DNA of 64,000 nt from an uncultured bacterium (lineage in GTDB: Bacteria; Verrucomicrobiota; Kiritimatiellia; RFP12; UBA1067). The notes under the pieces were generated by a model, which saw nothing but the letters and a program-made list of their open reading frames with translations, did no database searches and was not told the DNA's origin. Below, in pieces: positions 27,133 through 36,987 of this stretch (position 1 is its first letter; each line of letters starts with the position of its first letter). The stretch spans positions 33,771 through 97,770 of the forward strand of contig CADCAK010000020.1 of assembly GCA_902799385.1 (NCBI GenBank), in the 5' to 3' direction. The translations under genes were made by a program, and so were the position numbers.

Positions 27133-27660
27133 CTATTTCCCAGGATACTTGACGAGCGAATCGACGTCGTAGCCCTTGAGGATCCCATCGCGCGCCTTGA
27201 AGCCCTCAAGTTCAATAGGGAATATCATCTTCACGACCGTTCCGCCAAGTCGCTCGACGAGCTTCGCGGCCGCCTTCGCTGTGCCACCGGTCGCAAGTAG
27301 GTCGTCTACGATGACTACGCGCTGGCCAGGTTTCACGGCGTCTGTGTGCATGTGCAGCGTCGCAGTGCCGTATTCAAGTTCGTAGGACTCGGAAATCGTC
27401 TCGCGCGGGAGCTTCCCCGGCTTCCTTATCGGCACGAACGCCGTCCTGAAGCGGTCGGCAAGAGCCGCGCCGAAAATGAACCCGCGCGACTCGGGCGCCG
27501 CGACGAGATCGAACTCGACGTCCGAGAGAGCTCCTACGGCCTTGTCCAAGGAGAGCTGAAAGCCGTCGGGGGATTCGAGAATCCCCGTGACGTCGCGGAA
27601 CAGCACCCCCGGTTTCGGGAAGTCGGGAATCGCCTTTACGTAGTTGTCCAAGTTCTTCAT
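27133..27660 (-). CDS. apt: adenine phosphoribosyltransferase
   Basis: ORF 27133..27915 trimmed to MKNLDNYVKAIPDFPKPGVLFRDVT. Motif VVIVDDLLATGGT. Confidence 0.9.
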   Translation of the reverse strand: MKNLDNYVKAIPDFPKPGVLFRDVTGILESPDGFQLSLDKAVGALSDVEFDLVAAPESRGFIFGAALADRFRTAFVPIRKPGKLPRETISESYELEYGTATLHMHTDAVKPGQRVVIVDDLLATGGTAKAAAKLVERLGGTVVKMIFPIELEGFKARDGILKGYDVDSLVKYPGK

Positions 27661-27704
27661 CGTCTTGCCTTCTCGTTCTGCATATCCTGCACAATCGCCA
27701 CTTC

Positions 27705-28325
27705 TTACAGCGTGCCGAAGATGCGGTCGCCAGCGTCGCCAAGCCCTGGCACGATGTAGAAATGCGAATTGAGCCGTTCGTCCTTCGCCGCAGTGAAAAC
27801 AGGCACGTCCGGATGCTCCTTCTCGACCTTCGCAATGCCTTCTGGAGCGGCTATCAGATTGAGGAACACTATGCGCTTGTAGCCGAGCTTCTTTAGCTGC
27901 GCAAACGCATCGCATGCGCTCCCGCCTGTCGCGAGCATCGGGTCTATCACGATCGCAAGCTCGTCTTTCTTCGCAGGCGGGACCTTTGCGTAGTATGGAA
28001 CCGGCTCAGCCGTTGCCTCGTTGCGCTGCATGCCGAGAACGCCGACTTTTGCGTATGGAAGGACGTGCAGCATCGCGTCAAGCATGCCCATTCCGGCGCG
28101 GAGAATCGGAACGATCACGATGGAGTCTTCGATCTTCACTCCCGTCGTCTTCGCGACAGGGGTAGTGACCGGAATCTCGATGGTTCTCAAGTCCTTCAAG
28201 CTCTCAATCGCAAGAAATTCCGTGATTTCGTTCACGAGCTCGCGGAACTGCTTCGGCTTTGTGTTGATGTCGCGCATGAGCGTGACGCGATGCCTGACGA
28301 GCGGATGGGTAAGTACGGTGTGCAT
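27705..28325 (-). CDS. upp: uracil phosphoribosyltransferase
   Basis: LTHPLVRHRVTLMRD...VIDPMLATGGS...YIVPGLGDAGDR. Confidence 0.9.
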   Translation of the reverse strand: MHTVLTHPLVRHRVTLMRDINTKPKQFRELVNEITEFLAIESLKDLRTIEIPVTTPVAKTTGVKIEDSIVIVPILRAGMGMLDAMLHVLPYAKVGVLGMQRNEATAEPVPYYAKVPPAKKDELAIVIDPMLATGGSACDAFAQLKKLGYKRIVFLNLIAAPEGIAKVEKEHPDVPVFTAAKDERLNSHFYIVPGLGDAGDRIFGTL

Positions 28326-28330
28326 TTTTA

Positions 28331-28370
28331 TTAAGTTACGTAGTTGAGTAGTTAAGTAGTTAAGTAGTTG
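28331..28370. repeat. 8-bp tandem repeat (A/C)GTAGTT(A/G), about 5 copies, immediately upstream of upp
   Basis: ttaagtta cgtagttg agtagtta agtagtta agtagttg. Confidence 0.7.
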
Positions 28371-28380
28371 GAGGGGTGGA

Positions 28381-29265
28381 CTATGGGGTGACTAAATGGA
28401 CGTACCAGTTGACGAGCTGCGGGCCGTAGAACATCCATGCAAGGCACCCCATGCAAATATACGGGCCGTATGGTATCGGGGTAAAGCCGCCAAGCTTCGT
28501 CTTGGAAAGGAGAATCAGCGCGATGCCAACCACGCTCCCGAACACCGACGAAAGGATAAGCGTCACAAGAACCGCAATCGGCCCGAAGAGCGCACCGACC
28601 GCACCCATAAGAAAGACATCGCCCATCCCCATCGCCTCGCGCTTGAACGCCTTTGAGCCAACCCAGCGGACGAGCCACAGGAGCCCGAAGCCAAAGACAA
28701 GACCCGCAAGCGACCAGAATAACGGAGTGAGTTTGAGCCACATCGATGCCTGTACGCCGTCACCGTAAACGAAGTTGAAGCAGGTGGACACGAGGGATTC
28801 GGCGACACCGAGGACCATTCCTCCGACGGTCGTGAAGTCGGGAAGAAGCTGATGATCGAAGTCGATAAACGACCCGGCAATCATCAATGCAATCCATATC
28901 CACATGACGACGACGTGCGTCACCGCGAACCACAGCGGCACAGTCGGAAGCCACAGCCACAAGAACGCCGCGAGGAACAACAGCCCGCCCAAAAGCTCTA
29001 CGCAGATGTACCGCGGCGAAATCGCCGCGCGGCAGTTGGCGCACTTGCCCCTGAGCGCAAGCCACGAGAGGATCGGAATGTTCTGATACCACTTGATCGG
29101 CGAATTGCACTTCGGGCAGTGCGACGGAGGGGAGACAATCGACTCGCCTCTCGGCGCGCGCCAGATCACTACATTCAAAAACGAGGCAATGCAAGCGCCA
29201 AGCCAAAAGCTGAAGAACGCCAGTATCGGCGCAAGGTCTTTGAGGATGTTGGCGTTCTGACTCAT
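28381..29265 (-). CDS. pilD: prepilin peptidase (A24 family, PilD/GspO)
   Basis: CPKCNSPIKWYQNIPILSWLALRGKCANC and GMGDVFLMGAVG. Confidence 0.9.
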   Translation of the reverse strand: MSQNANILKDLAPILAFFSFWLGACIASFLNVVIWRAPRGESIVSPPSHCPKCNSPIKWYQNIPILSWLALRGKCANCRAAISPRYICVELLGGLLFLAAFLWLWLPTVPLWFAVTHVVVMWIWIALMIAGSFIDFDHQLLPDFTTVGGMVLGVAESLVSTCFNFVYGDGVQASMWLKLTPLFWSLAGLVFGFGLLWLVRWVGSKAFKREAMGMGDVFLMGAVGALFGPIAVLVTLILSSVFGSVVGIALILLSKTKLGGFTPIPYGPYICMGCLAWMFYGPQLVNWYVHLVTP

Positions 29266-29266
29266 G

Positions 29267-30259
29267 TCACTCGCTCTTTAGTTCGCGGCCCATCATCGCC
29301 TCGACGGCCTTACGAGCGTCAAAGCCCTCATAGCAAAGCGCATAGACGAGGTCGCAGATCGGCATTTCGACGCCGAGCTTCGCCGCGAGGTCGTGGACGA
29401 CTTTGGAATTCCAGACGCCCTCGGCCACCATCTGCATCGAGCCGAGAATGTCCTTTATCTTCTCGCCCTTCCCAAGCCGCTCGCCGACGGAATGGTTGCG
29501 CGAGTGAACCGACGTGCAGGTGACGATGAGGTCGCCGATCCCCGCAAGCCCGGAAAGCGTCTCGGGCTTCCCGCCGTAGGCGAGGACGAAGCGCTTCATC
29601 TCAGCGAGGCCGCGCGTGATAAGAGCGGCTCTCGTGTTGTCGCCAAAGCCCATGCCGTCAGAGCAGCCGACGGCAATCGCAATGACGTTCTTGACAGCGC
29701 CGCCGATCTCGACGCCGACTGGATCCAGCGAAGTGTAGACGCGGAACTTGGGGCCAGACCAGACGCGCTGGACTTTCTTCGCCTTCTCCTCGTCCTCGCA
29801 CGCGGCGACGATTGTCGTTGGGATGCCGCGGCTCACTTCCTCAGCGTGAGTGGGGCCAGCGAGCGCGACGACGCTCTTGAGCCCAAGGATTTCCTTCGCA
29901 AGCTCCGTCATGCGCTTGTTTGAAGCTTCACAAAGCCCCTTCGTGAGCGATACGACGAGCTGGTCGTCGGTGACAAGTCCCTTGAAGCCCTCCATCACGG
30001 ACGCGAAAAACTTGCTTGGCGGCGCGAGGACGACAATCTCGGCGCCCTTCACCGCCTCTTCGCGCTCGGCGGTAAGCTTCAGCGAATCGGGCAGAACGAC
30101 GCCCTTTAGGAACCTGTCGTTCCTCCTCGTGCGGCGCTGTTCCTCTATGTAGTCCGGGAACGCGCCCCACACCGTCACGTCATGCCCATAGCCAGAGAGA
30201 AGCAGCGCGTTCGCAGTCCCCCACCCGCCGTCACCAATCACCGCGATTTTCATGCGCAT
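29267..30259 (-). CDS. gpsA: NAD(P)H-dependent glycerol-3-phosphate dehydrogenase
   Basis: KIAVIGDGGWGTA. Full-length family resemblance. The start could instead be ATG 30253. Confidence 0.9.
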   Translation of the reverse strand: MRMKIAVIGDGGWGTANALLLSGYGHDVTVWGAFPDYIEEQRRTRRNDRFLKGVVLPDSLKLTAEREEAVKGAEIVVLAPPSKFFASVMEGFKGLVTDDQLVVSLTKGLCEASNKRMTELAKEILGLKSVVALAGPTHAEEVSRGIPTTIVAACEDEEKAKKVQRVWSGPKFRVYTSLDPVGVEIGGAVKNVIAIAVGCSDGMGFGDNTRAALITRGLAEMKRFVLAYGGKPETLSGLAGIGDLIVTCTSVHSRNHSVGERLGKGEKIKDILGSMQMVAEGVWNSKVVHDLAAKLGVEMPICDLVYALCYEGFDARKAVEAMMGRELKSE

Positions 30260-30282
30260 GACATAGCCCGCACGAACAAGCC

Positions 30283-31326
30283 TCAGCGGAGGCGGTATTC
30301 TGCGCGCGGAGACTCCTCTTCGCGCAGGGCGGACTTTATCTCCCTGAGCATCCCGCCTGACGATTCGGAAAGGAGCGAGTTCTCCAAGACAGACATGAAG
30401 CCGTTCTTCTTGCGATATCCGTAGATGCGCACGTCCTTGCCAGCGAGCTTCTTGACCTGCTCGATTGCCGCGTCTTCGTGCCCGATGCCATCGACCAGCT
30501 TGTTCTTCAAGGCGTCTCCGGCGGAGAAAACGCGTCCGTCGGCGAGCTGGCGCACGACTTCAACCGGCATTTTCCTGCCCTCCGCCACTATCTCGACGAA
30601 ACGGTCGCAGAGCTGATGCACCGGCTCTTCGAGAATCTTGACGTGCTCGGGCTTGACTGGCTTGAGGGGATTCAGGATGTCCTTGTTCTCCCCAGAGGCG
30701 ATGGTCACGTCCGTAACGCCGATCTTCTGCGCAAGTTCCGCGATGTTGAAGGTGCTCATGATAACGCCGATTGAGCCGGTGAGCGAGGTCGGGCGCGCCA
30801 TGATCCAGTCTGCGCCCGCCGCGGTGTAGTATCCGCCCGAACAGCAGAGGTCGCCCATGTGCACAAAGACAAAGCGGCCCTCAGCGGACTTGCGGAAGCG
30901 CAGAATCGCGTCGTGAAGCTCGTCTGAAACAGTGACGCCGCCGCCGGGAGAGTCGATTTCAAGGTAAAGCCCCTTGATCGAATCGTCTTTTATCGCCGCC
31001 TTGATCTTGCGGAGCGCCATTGGCGCGCTCGCGTCATCTATCGCACCGAATACGGACTGCTCGATCTTGGACGACATGACTCCGCTTATGCGGATCTTGA
31101 GGACATGGGCCGCATCTTCGTCGCCGTTGCCCGAAAGCCAGACCTTCTTGAACTGGTTTGCGTCCTGCGGCGCAAGGGCGAAGGCATCCGCCGAGTCGTC
31201 GGGCATCTCCGTGCAACCCCTGAAGGCAAACGCCATTACTATCGTGAACAGAAATGCAACGCCGATGAAAATGCCAACCGAAACGAGGCATCCGGCCATG
31301 CAGCCAACCTTGGTGTTTGTGTCCAT
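30283..31326 (-). CDS. sppA: signal peptide peptidase SppA (36K type)
   Basis: N-terminal TM segment, GGYYTAAGADWI and SLTGSIGV. SD AAAGGAGA. Confidence 0.85.
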   Translation of the reverse strand: MDTNTKVGCMAGCLVSVGIFIGVAFLFTIVMAFAFRGCTEMPDDSADAFALAPQDANQFKKVWLSGNGDEDAAHVLKIRISGVMSSKIEQSVFGAIDDASAPMALRKIKAAIKDDSIKGLYLEIDSPGGGVTVSDELHDAILRFRKSAEGRFVFVHMGDLCCSGGYYTAAGADWIMARPTSLTGSIGVIMSTFNIAELAQKIGVTDVTIASGENKDILNPLKPVKPEHVKILEEPVHQLCDRFVEIVAEGRKMPVEVVRQLADGRVFSAGDALKNKLVDGIGHEDAAIEQVKKLAGKDVRIYGYRKKNGFMSVLENSLLSESSGGMLREIKSALREEESPRAEYRLR

Positions 31327-31362
31327 TCGCTATCTCCTTTCGTTATCCATGCCTTGCGGCAT

Positions 31363-31371
31363 ATTATACCA
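31363..31371 (-). promoter_or_regulatory. extended -10 element TGGTATAAT
   Basis: Lies 37 nt upstream of ATG 31326. Confidence 0.55.
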
Positions 31372-31440
31372 TAGTCTCGCCGCGCCGTGCCATTGCCACC
31401 ATGGCAAAGAGCCCAGGCGCGCCGCCTTGACCCGGACGCG

Positions 31441-32958
31441 TCAGCCGCCGTTGAAGAGCTGTGTAGACGCGTAGTACGGATCGGAAGTGTATCGGCAGGC
31501 AAGCCGCCTGAGCCCCGCCTCGTCGCCGGGAGTCACCATGTGGGTCATGTGGACCTCGCATGTCGCTAGCTCCCCGAGCTTCTCCATCGCAAGCTGTGCC
31601 GCCGGATTCGTCGTCGCCGATATGGCGAGCGCGATAAGCGCCTCGTCGAGGTTCAGCGAAGTGTAGCCGCCCTTCAGGATGTCGTGCTTCATGTGCGCTA
31701 TCGACTGCAGGATCGTCGGCGCGATCAAGGGGAGCCGGTCGGGGATTCCGGCAAGCTTCTTCACGGCGTTCAAGATCACCGCAGAGCAGGCGTGCAACTC
31801 GTCGGAGTTGCGGCCCGTAACGATCTCGCCGTTGTGGAGCTGGAGCGCCGCCGCCGAGACGATCTGGCCGCCGGCCTTGCCCTTCCCCTGCTGGCGGGCG
31901 GTCTCGGCCGCTCCGCGCGCGGCGAGCGCGACGAGCCGGTTCTCGGTCTTGAGCCCGAGCGAGTCCATCAGCATCTTCGCGCGTTCAAGCGACTCGACGT
32001 CCGTCGCGCCCTCGATGTACAGGCACTGGTAGCGCATGTAGCGGCGGATGACTTCCTGCTTCGACGCCTCCTGCACCACCGCGTCGTCGACTATGCCGAA
32101 GCCGATGCGGTTCACGCCCATGTCTGTCGGCGACTTGTAAGGGCACTCGCCGTTTGTCATCTTCTCCCATATCGTCTTGAGAAGCGGGTACGCGTCGACG
32201 TCGCGGTTGTAGTTCACGGCGGTCTTCCCGTACGCGGCGAGGTGGTACGGATCGATCATATTCTTGTCCTTGAGGTCGATTGTCGCCGCCTCGTACGCGA
32301 TGTTGAGCGGATGGTGAAGCGGAAGGTTCCAGACCGGGAAGCTCTCGAACTTCGAGTACCCCGCGAGCCGCCCCTGGCGGTATTCGTGGTATATCTGGTT
32401 GAGGCACGTCGCGAACTTGCCCGAGCCGGGGCCTGGAGCCGTAACGACGATGATCGGGCGCTCGACCGGGATGAACGGGTTCTTGCCGTAGCCATGGTCG
32501 GAGACGACGGTATCAACGTCTGCGGGATAGCCGAGGGTCTTGCCGTGGAAATAGCACTTTACGCCGCGCGATTCGAGCTTCTGGCCGAACTGCTGGGCCG
32601 CGATCTGCCCCTCGTAGCGCGTAACGACGACGCCGCGCACGGTGAGCCCGAGGGAGTTTAGGTCATCGATGAGCTTTAGCGCGTCGTCGGCGTAGGAGAT
32701 GCCGAAGTCCGCGCGCATCTTCTTCCGCTCGATGTCGCCGGAGTAGATGCAGAGAATGACCTCGGCCTGGTCCTTGAGCGACTGGAGAAGCCGAAGCTTC
32801 ACGTTCGGGTGGTAGCCGGGGAGGCACCTCGCGGCGTGGAAGTCGTTCATGAGCTTCCCGCCGAACTCAAGATAGAGCCGCCCGTACTTCCCGGCGCGGC
32901 GGCGAATCTCCTCGGACTGCTCCTTAAGGTACTTGTCGTTGTCAAATCCGATCTTCAC
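31441..32958 (-). CDS. DUF1846 (UPF0371) family protein
   Basis: MKIGFDNDKYLKEQSEEI...LYLEFGGKLMNDFHAARCLPGY matches the family N-terminus as I remember it. Confidence 0.75.
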   Translation of the reverse strand: MKIGFDNDKYLKEQSEEIRRRAGKYGRLYLEFGGKLMNDFHAARCLPGYHPNVKLRLLQSLKDQAEVILCIYSGDIERKKMRADFGISYADDALKLIDDLNSLGLTVRGVVVTRYEGQIAAQQFGQKLESRGVKCYFHGKTLGYPADVDTVVSDHGYGKNPFIPVERPIIVVTAPGPGSGKFATCLNQIYHEYRQGRLAGYSKFESFPVWNLPLHHPLNIAYEAATIDLKDKNMIDPYHLAAYGKTAVNYNRDVDAYPLLKTIWEKMTNGECPYKSPTDMGVNRIGFGIVDDAVVQEASKQEVIRRYMRYQCLYIEGATDVESLERAKMLMDSLGLKTENRLVALAARGAAETARQQGKGKAGGQIVSAAALQLHNGEIVTGRNSDELHACSAVILNAVKKLAGIPDRLPLIAPTILQSIAHMKHDILKGGYTSLNLDEALIALAISATTNPAAQLAMEKLGELATCEVHMTHMVTPGDEAGLRRLACRYTSDPYYASTQLFNGG

Positions 32959-33527
32959 TTTGCGCCTCCGTGGATTTCATCGAGAATCGCCTGTATCTTG
33001 CCCTTGCAGCGTCCGCAACCGCCCCCTGCCTTCGTGAAGTTCGTCACTTCCTCCACCGAAGTGAGCTGGTTCTCGGTTATCACGCGCCGCACTTCGTTCT
33101 CGGAGACGTTGTAGCAGGTGCAGAGAACCGTGTCCTCCAGGTTGCGGTCGGTGTTCTTGCCGGTCTCGAAGTTCTTTATCGCCGCCTCCATCGCCTCGCG
33201 GCCCATTACGGAGCAGTGCATCTTCTGCGGCGGAAGCCCGCCGAGGTAGTCGGCTATCTGCTGGTTTGTGATCTTCTTCGCCTCGTCGAGCGTCTTGCCG
33301 ATCACCATCTCGGTCAGCGCCGACGAGCTTGCAATCGCGCTCGCGCACCCGAAGGTCTGGAACTTCGCCTCGGCGATCCTGCCGTCGGGCCCGAGCTTGA
33401 ACTGGAACTGCAGGGCGTCTCCGCATGCAAGCGAGCCTACCGTCGCCGTTCCGTCGGGGTTGTCGATCTTTCCCACGTTCCGGGGGTTCCGGAAGTGGTC
33501 CATCATCTTCTCAGAGTAGTTCCACAT
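32955..33527 (-). CDS. nifU: NifU-like Fe-S scaffold (NifU N-terminal domain plus BFD-like 2Fe-2S domain)
   Basis: ORF 32955..34298 trimmed to MWNYSEKMMDHFRNPRNVG...GSLACGD...FGCASAIA...CGRCKG. Confidence 0.85.
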   Translation of the reverse strand: MWNYSEKMMDHFRNPRNVGKIDNPDGTATVGSLACGDALQFQFKLGPDGRIAEAKFQTFGCASAIASSSALTEMVIGKTLDEAKKITNQQIADYLGGLPPQKMHCSVMGREAMEAAIKNFETGKNTDRNLEDTVLCTCYNVSENEVRRVITENQLTSVEEVTNFTKAGGGCGRCKGKIQAILDEIHGGAK

Positions 33528-33572
33528 CGCCGTTCGACTTTCATGAAGTGTGCTGTTCCTTGACGGCATACT

Positions 33573-33581
33573 ATTATACCA
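33573..33581 (-). promoter_or_regulatory. extended -10 element TGGTATAAT
   Basis: Lies 46 nt upstream of ATG 33527. Confidence 0.5.
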
Positions 33582-33638
33582 AATTTCCGACGGCCATGAT
33601 GGCGCCATGATGGCGATGTGGCGCAGGCGCGAAAGTAT

Positions 33639-33647
33639 TGGTATAAT
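33639..33647 (+). promoter_or_regulatory. extended -10 element TGGTATAAT (divergent partner)
   Basis: Lies 37 nt upstream of ATG 33684. Confidence 0.5.
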
Positions 33648-33683
33648 ATGCGTTGTATTCGGCGAACAAGGAAAGGAGGCACG

Positions 33684-34934
33684 ATGACTACACGTTTCAC
33701 GGTGGACGGCTGCAAGGTATCGCTTCTCGGCTACGGGGCCATGCGCCTGCCGACGGTGGACGGCGGGCATGCCAACGGCTGGGCGAAGGACGGCTATTCG
33801 TCCTCGGGCATAGACCAGAAGCTCCTCGACGCCCAGGTGAAGTACATGCTCGACCACGGCGTCAACTACTTCGACACCTCTCCCGCGTACTGCCGGGGCG
33901 AGTCGGAAGCCTGCATCGGACGGGCGCTCAAGGCAAGCGGCTATGCGCGCAGCGACTACGTCGTCGCGACGAAGCTCTCCAACTTCGCGCCGCAGCAGTA
34001 TCCCCTCGACAAGTGCACGGAGATGTTCGAGAATTCGCTGAAATTCCTGCAGACGGACTACATCGACAACTACCTGCTCCACTCGATCGGCAACGGCGGC
34101 TTCGAGACGTTCTCCAAGCGCTACCTCGAAAACGGCGCGCTCGACTGGTGCGTGAAGCTTCGCGAGGAGCGGCGCATCCGCAACCTCGGCTTTTCGTACC
34201 ACGGCGACCCGAAGGCGTTCGAATGGTGCCTTGACAACCACGGGAAATACAAGTGGGACTTCTGCCAGATACAGATGAACTACGTCGACTGGCGGCACGC
34301 GAAGGAGGTAAACGACCGCAACCTCGACGCGGAATACCTCTACCGCCGCCTCACAGAGCTCAAGATACCCGTGGTAATCATGGAGCCCCTTCTCGGCGGA
34401 CGCCTCGCGCGCTACAACTACGCGCTCGCGAAGGAGCTTACGCCGCTCGATGCCGAGGCATCGCTCGCCAAGTGGGCGCTACGCTTCTGCGGAACGTACC
34501 CAAACGTGATGACTGTCCTCTCGGGGATGACGTTCACCGAGCACATCGAGGAGAACGTCGAGACGTTCTCGCCGCTCAAGCCATGCACCGAAGACGAGCT
34601 CGCCGCGCTCGAACGCGCCGCGCAGGCGCTCCTCAAGCTCAACACCATCCCGTGCAACAACTGCAACTACTGCATGCCGTGCCCATACGGGCTCGACATC
34701 CCGGCGATCCTGACGTTCCGCAACGCGGTACTTACGGCGAAGACAATGCCCGCCGCGCTCGAGGTCCTAAAGATGTACGCCAAGGCCGTTCCCGAGGAAC
34801 TGCGCCGCGCAGACCACTGCACCGGATGCGGAAGATGCAGCCCGCACTGCCCGCAGTCGATCAACATCCCCAAGGAACTTGCGTTGATCGACGAATGGAT
34901 TGACTCTCTCAAGAACGAGGAGGCCCGCCGATGA
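33684..34934 (+). CDS. aldo/keto reductase with a C-terminal 4Fe-4S ferredoxin-type domain
   Basis: Start MTTRF with SD AAAGGAGG. AKR core, then CNNCNYCMPCP and CTGCGRCSPHCP. Confidence 0.8.
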   Translation: MTTRFTVDGCKVSLLGYGAMRLPTVDGGHANGWAKDGYSSSGIDQKLLDAQVKYMLDHGVNYFDTSPAYCRGESEACIGRALKASGYARSDYVVATKLSNFAPQQYPLDKCTEMFENSLKFLQTDYIDNYLLHSIGNGGFETFSKRYLENGALDWCVKLREERRIRNLGFSYHGDPKAFEWCLDNHGKYKWDFCQIQMNYVDWRHAKEVNDRNLDAEYLYRRLTELKIPVVIMEPLLGGRLARYNYALAKELTPLDAEASLAKWALRFCGTYPNVMTVLSGMTFTEHIEENVETFSPLKPCTEDELAALERAAQALLKLNTIPCNNCNYCMPCPYGLDIPAILTFRNAVLTAKTMPAALEVLKMYAKAVPEELRRADHCTGCGRCSPHCPQSINIPKELALIDEWIDSLKNEEARR

Positions 34935-36589
34935 AGACGAAGAAACTAATAAAGGCGCTTGTCGCCACCGCCATGCTCGCATGCGTCACCGCCGCGTTCT
35001 TTGGCTGTGACACCGACCTCGCCTGCCGCATCCAGCCCGCCGCGACAATCTGGTTCCTCGTCGTCCTGCTGCTGACGCCGATCGCAGGGCGGCTCTTCTG
35101 CGAGTGTTTCTGCCCGCTTGGGATAGTCCAGTCGATAGTCAACTGGATCTTCCATCCAAAGAGGAAGGTGCGCCGCATCTGCACGCGGCTTCCGGAGTCG
35201 CATGCGCAGCAGAAGGTCCGCTGGACCGTCCTCGCCGTGTCGGTCGTGCTGGTCGCGACGGGATTCGGCGCAATCGGCTGGCTTCTGACGCCCTATTCGA
35301 TCTACGGAAAGGCGCTGACGCTCTTTGCGCCCGGCGTCGCCATCTTCGTGGCTGTCGTAGTTCTCGCGGCCTTCGGCAAGGGACGCCTCTGGTGCAACTG
35401 GATATGCCCGGTCGGAACGCTTTTCAATATCCTTTCAAAGAAAAGCGTGTGCGCCCACAAGATAGGCCCCGGCTGCGCGAACTGCAAGGCGTGTTTTGAG
35501 AATGGGGAACGGAACGGACGACCGAACCACACAACCTCCGAACCACACAACCACACAACCAGTCTCTCCCGCCGCGAGGCGCTCAAGGGCGTCGCGGTTC
35601 TCGCCGCGACGGAGGCCGTCGACAAGACGACTGACGGCGGCTACGCTCCCGTATCGCTCCCCGGCGTTCCCGAGCGCCCTGCGGCCGTCCTGCCGCCAGG
35701 GGCCGTAGATCGCAAGGTCTTCAACGTGAAGTGCGTCGCCTGCGGGCTTTGCATCACGAACTGCAAGGGCAACTGCCTCTCGGCTTCTACGAACCTCAAG
35801 CGCTTCGGCCAGCCCGAGATGGACTTTAGGCGCGGCTACTGTCTCCTTGGCTGCAACTACTCCTGCGGCCATGTCTGCCCGACCGGGGCTATCCACTGGT
35901 TTCCGCGCCTCGCGCGGAAGAACGTCCACATGGGACACGCGATATGGAAGAAGGACCTCTGCATCCGCGCTACCGACGGCGTCGAGTGCACGGCATGTTC
36001 GCGCAAATGCCCCGTCGGCGCAATACACATCGTCGAGGGCTTCCCGGTGGTGGACAAGGCGGCATGCATCGGCTGCGGCGCATGCGAGCATGTCTGCCCC
36101 GCGCGTCCGATGCCGGCGATTTTCGTCAAGGGCTTCGAGCGGCAGCGGCTCGTCTGGCCGATTGACGAAGGTGGGCTTCTCGCGGAGATGAAGACGCTCG
36201 TCATGAGCGGCGTCTCATGCGTCGCGGCAAAAGACGGCGTGATAGTGGCCCAGGAAAAAGGCCGCGGGATCATGCCGATAATGAAGCTTCTTTCCGACGG
36301 AAAGCTCGCACATGCGCTTGTCGTGGACAAGGTGGTAGGCCGCGCGGCGGCGGCAATCTGCATCGTCGGCAAGGCAAAAAAGGTCCATGCCATGATGATG
36401 AGCGTCGAGGCGGCTTCGCTTCTCAAGGCGCACGGGGTCGAGGCGAGCGCAGACAAGACCGTCCCGAAGATCCTTAACCGCGACCTAACGGACGGTTGCC
36501 CGATGGAGCATACGGTCGATGGCATGGACGACCCCGCAGAGATGGTCAAAGCCCTCAGGGAGCGCATGGAGTCGTTCAGCCGCCGCTGA
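34931..36589 (+). CDS. membrane 4Fe-4S protein (NapH-like CxxxCP repeats) with ferredoxin domains and a DUF1893-like C-terminal domain
   Basis: RLFCECFCPLG, RLWCNWICPVG, CIGCGACEHVCP. The C-terminus resembles the TM1506/DUF1893 family, from memory only. ATGA overlap with the AKR gene. Confidence 0.65.
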   Translation: MKTKKLIKALVATAMLACVTAAFFGCDTDLACRIQPAATIWFLVVLLLTPIAGRLFCECFCPLGIVQSIVNWIFHPKRKVRRICTRLPESHAQQKVRWTVLAVSVVLVATGFGAIGWLLTPYSIYGKALTLFAPGVAIFVAVVVLAAFGKGRLWCNWICPVGTLFNILSKKSVCAHKIGPGCANCKACFENGERNGRPNHTTSEPHNHTTSLSRREALKGVAVLAATEAVDKTTDGGYAPVSLPGVPERPAAVLPPGAVDRKVFNVKCVACGLCITNCKGNCLSASTNLKRFGQPEMDFRRGYCLLGCNYSCGHVCPTGAIHWFPRLARKNVHMGHAIWKKDLCIRATDGVECTACSRKCPVGAIHIVEGFPVVDKAACIGCGACEHVCPARPMPAIFVKGFERQRLVWPIDEGGLLAEMKTLVMSGVSCVAAKDGVIVAQEKGRGIMPIMKLLSDGKLAHALVVDKVVGRAAAAICIVGKAKKVHAMMMSVEAASLLKAHGVEASADKTVPKILNRDLTDGCPMEHTVDGMDDPAEMVKALRERMESFSRR

Positions 36590-36600
36590 ACACCCCGCAA

Positions 36601-36662
36601 GCATACGCAAACCAACAACACCGCGCAAACAGGCGTTTTACAAGGGCTTCGTGGAGTCCCCA
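36601..36662. repeat. about 60-nt repeat CATACGCAA..GCGCAAACAGGCsTTTTACAAsGG (copy 2 of 2; the other is at 24847-24903)
   Basis: On the minus strand it resembles a decayed MKPL..LFARG leader with an in-frame stop. Confidence 0.5.
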
Positions 36663-36727
36663 ACCGTTTTTATCGCCCACTTCGTTGCTTTCCGTCACTT
36701 CTCTCATTTTCAACGGCTTTGGGGCGT

Positions 36728-36757
36728 ATTATAGCGCAACTACCACGCTGAAATCAA
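36728..36757 (-). promoter_or_regulatory. sigma70-type promoter TTGATT-18-TATAAT inside a 54-nt repeat (copy 1, 36726-36779)
   Basis: Minus strand reads TTGATTTCAGCGTGGTAGTTGCGCTATAAT. It points at the 3' end of a convergent gene, and no ORF follows it. Confidence 0.45.
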
Positions 36758-36987
36758 CCACGCGACAAAGTTAAGCGAGTCGAAGCTCCATCGTTCGGCG
36801 GTGGCCGAAGGCTCCTCCTCGGGGAACCCTCGGCGAATACGCCGTATCCCCTCGCTCGGACCTTCGCTCCCCCGCCTCACTTACCGCACCAACTACAGCA
36901 AATTGCCTATCACAGTTACAACGGGCACCGCGGGGACAGACCCCACGAAACCAGCTATTTTATTGGCTTTCATCACCGCACCGCCTT

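Noticed and set aside
36780-36931. Protein-coding potential in the gap between the promoter repeat and the RAYT inverted repeat (ORF 36801..37337)
   Set aside because: The translation is Pro/Ser/Arg-rich and runs antisense into the transposase gene. No start context is present.
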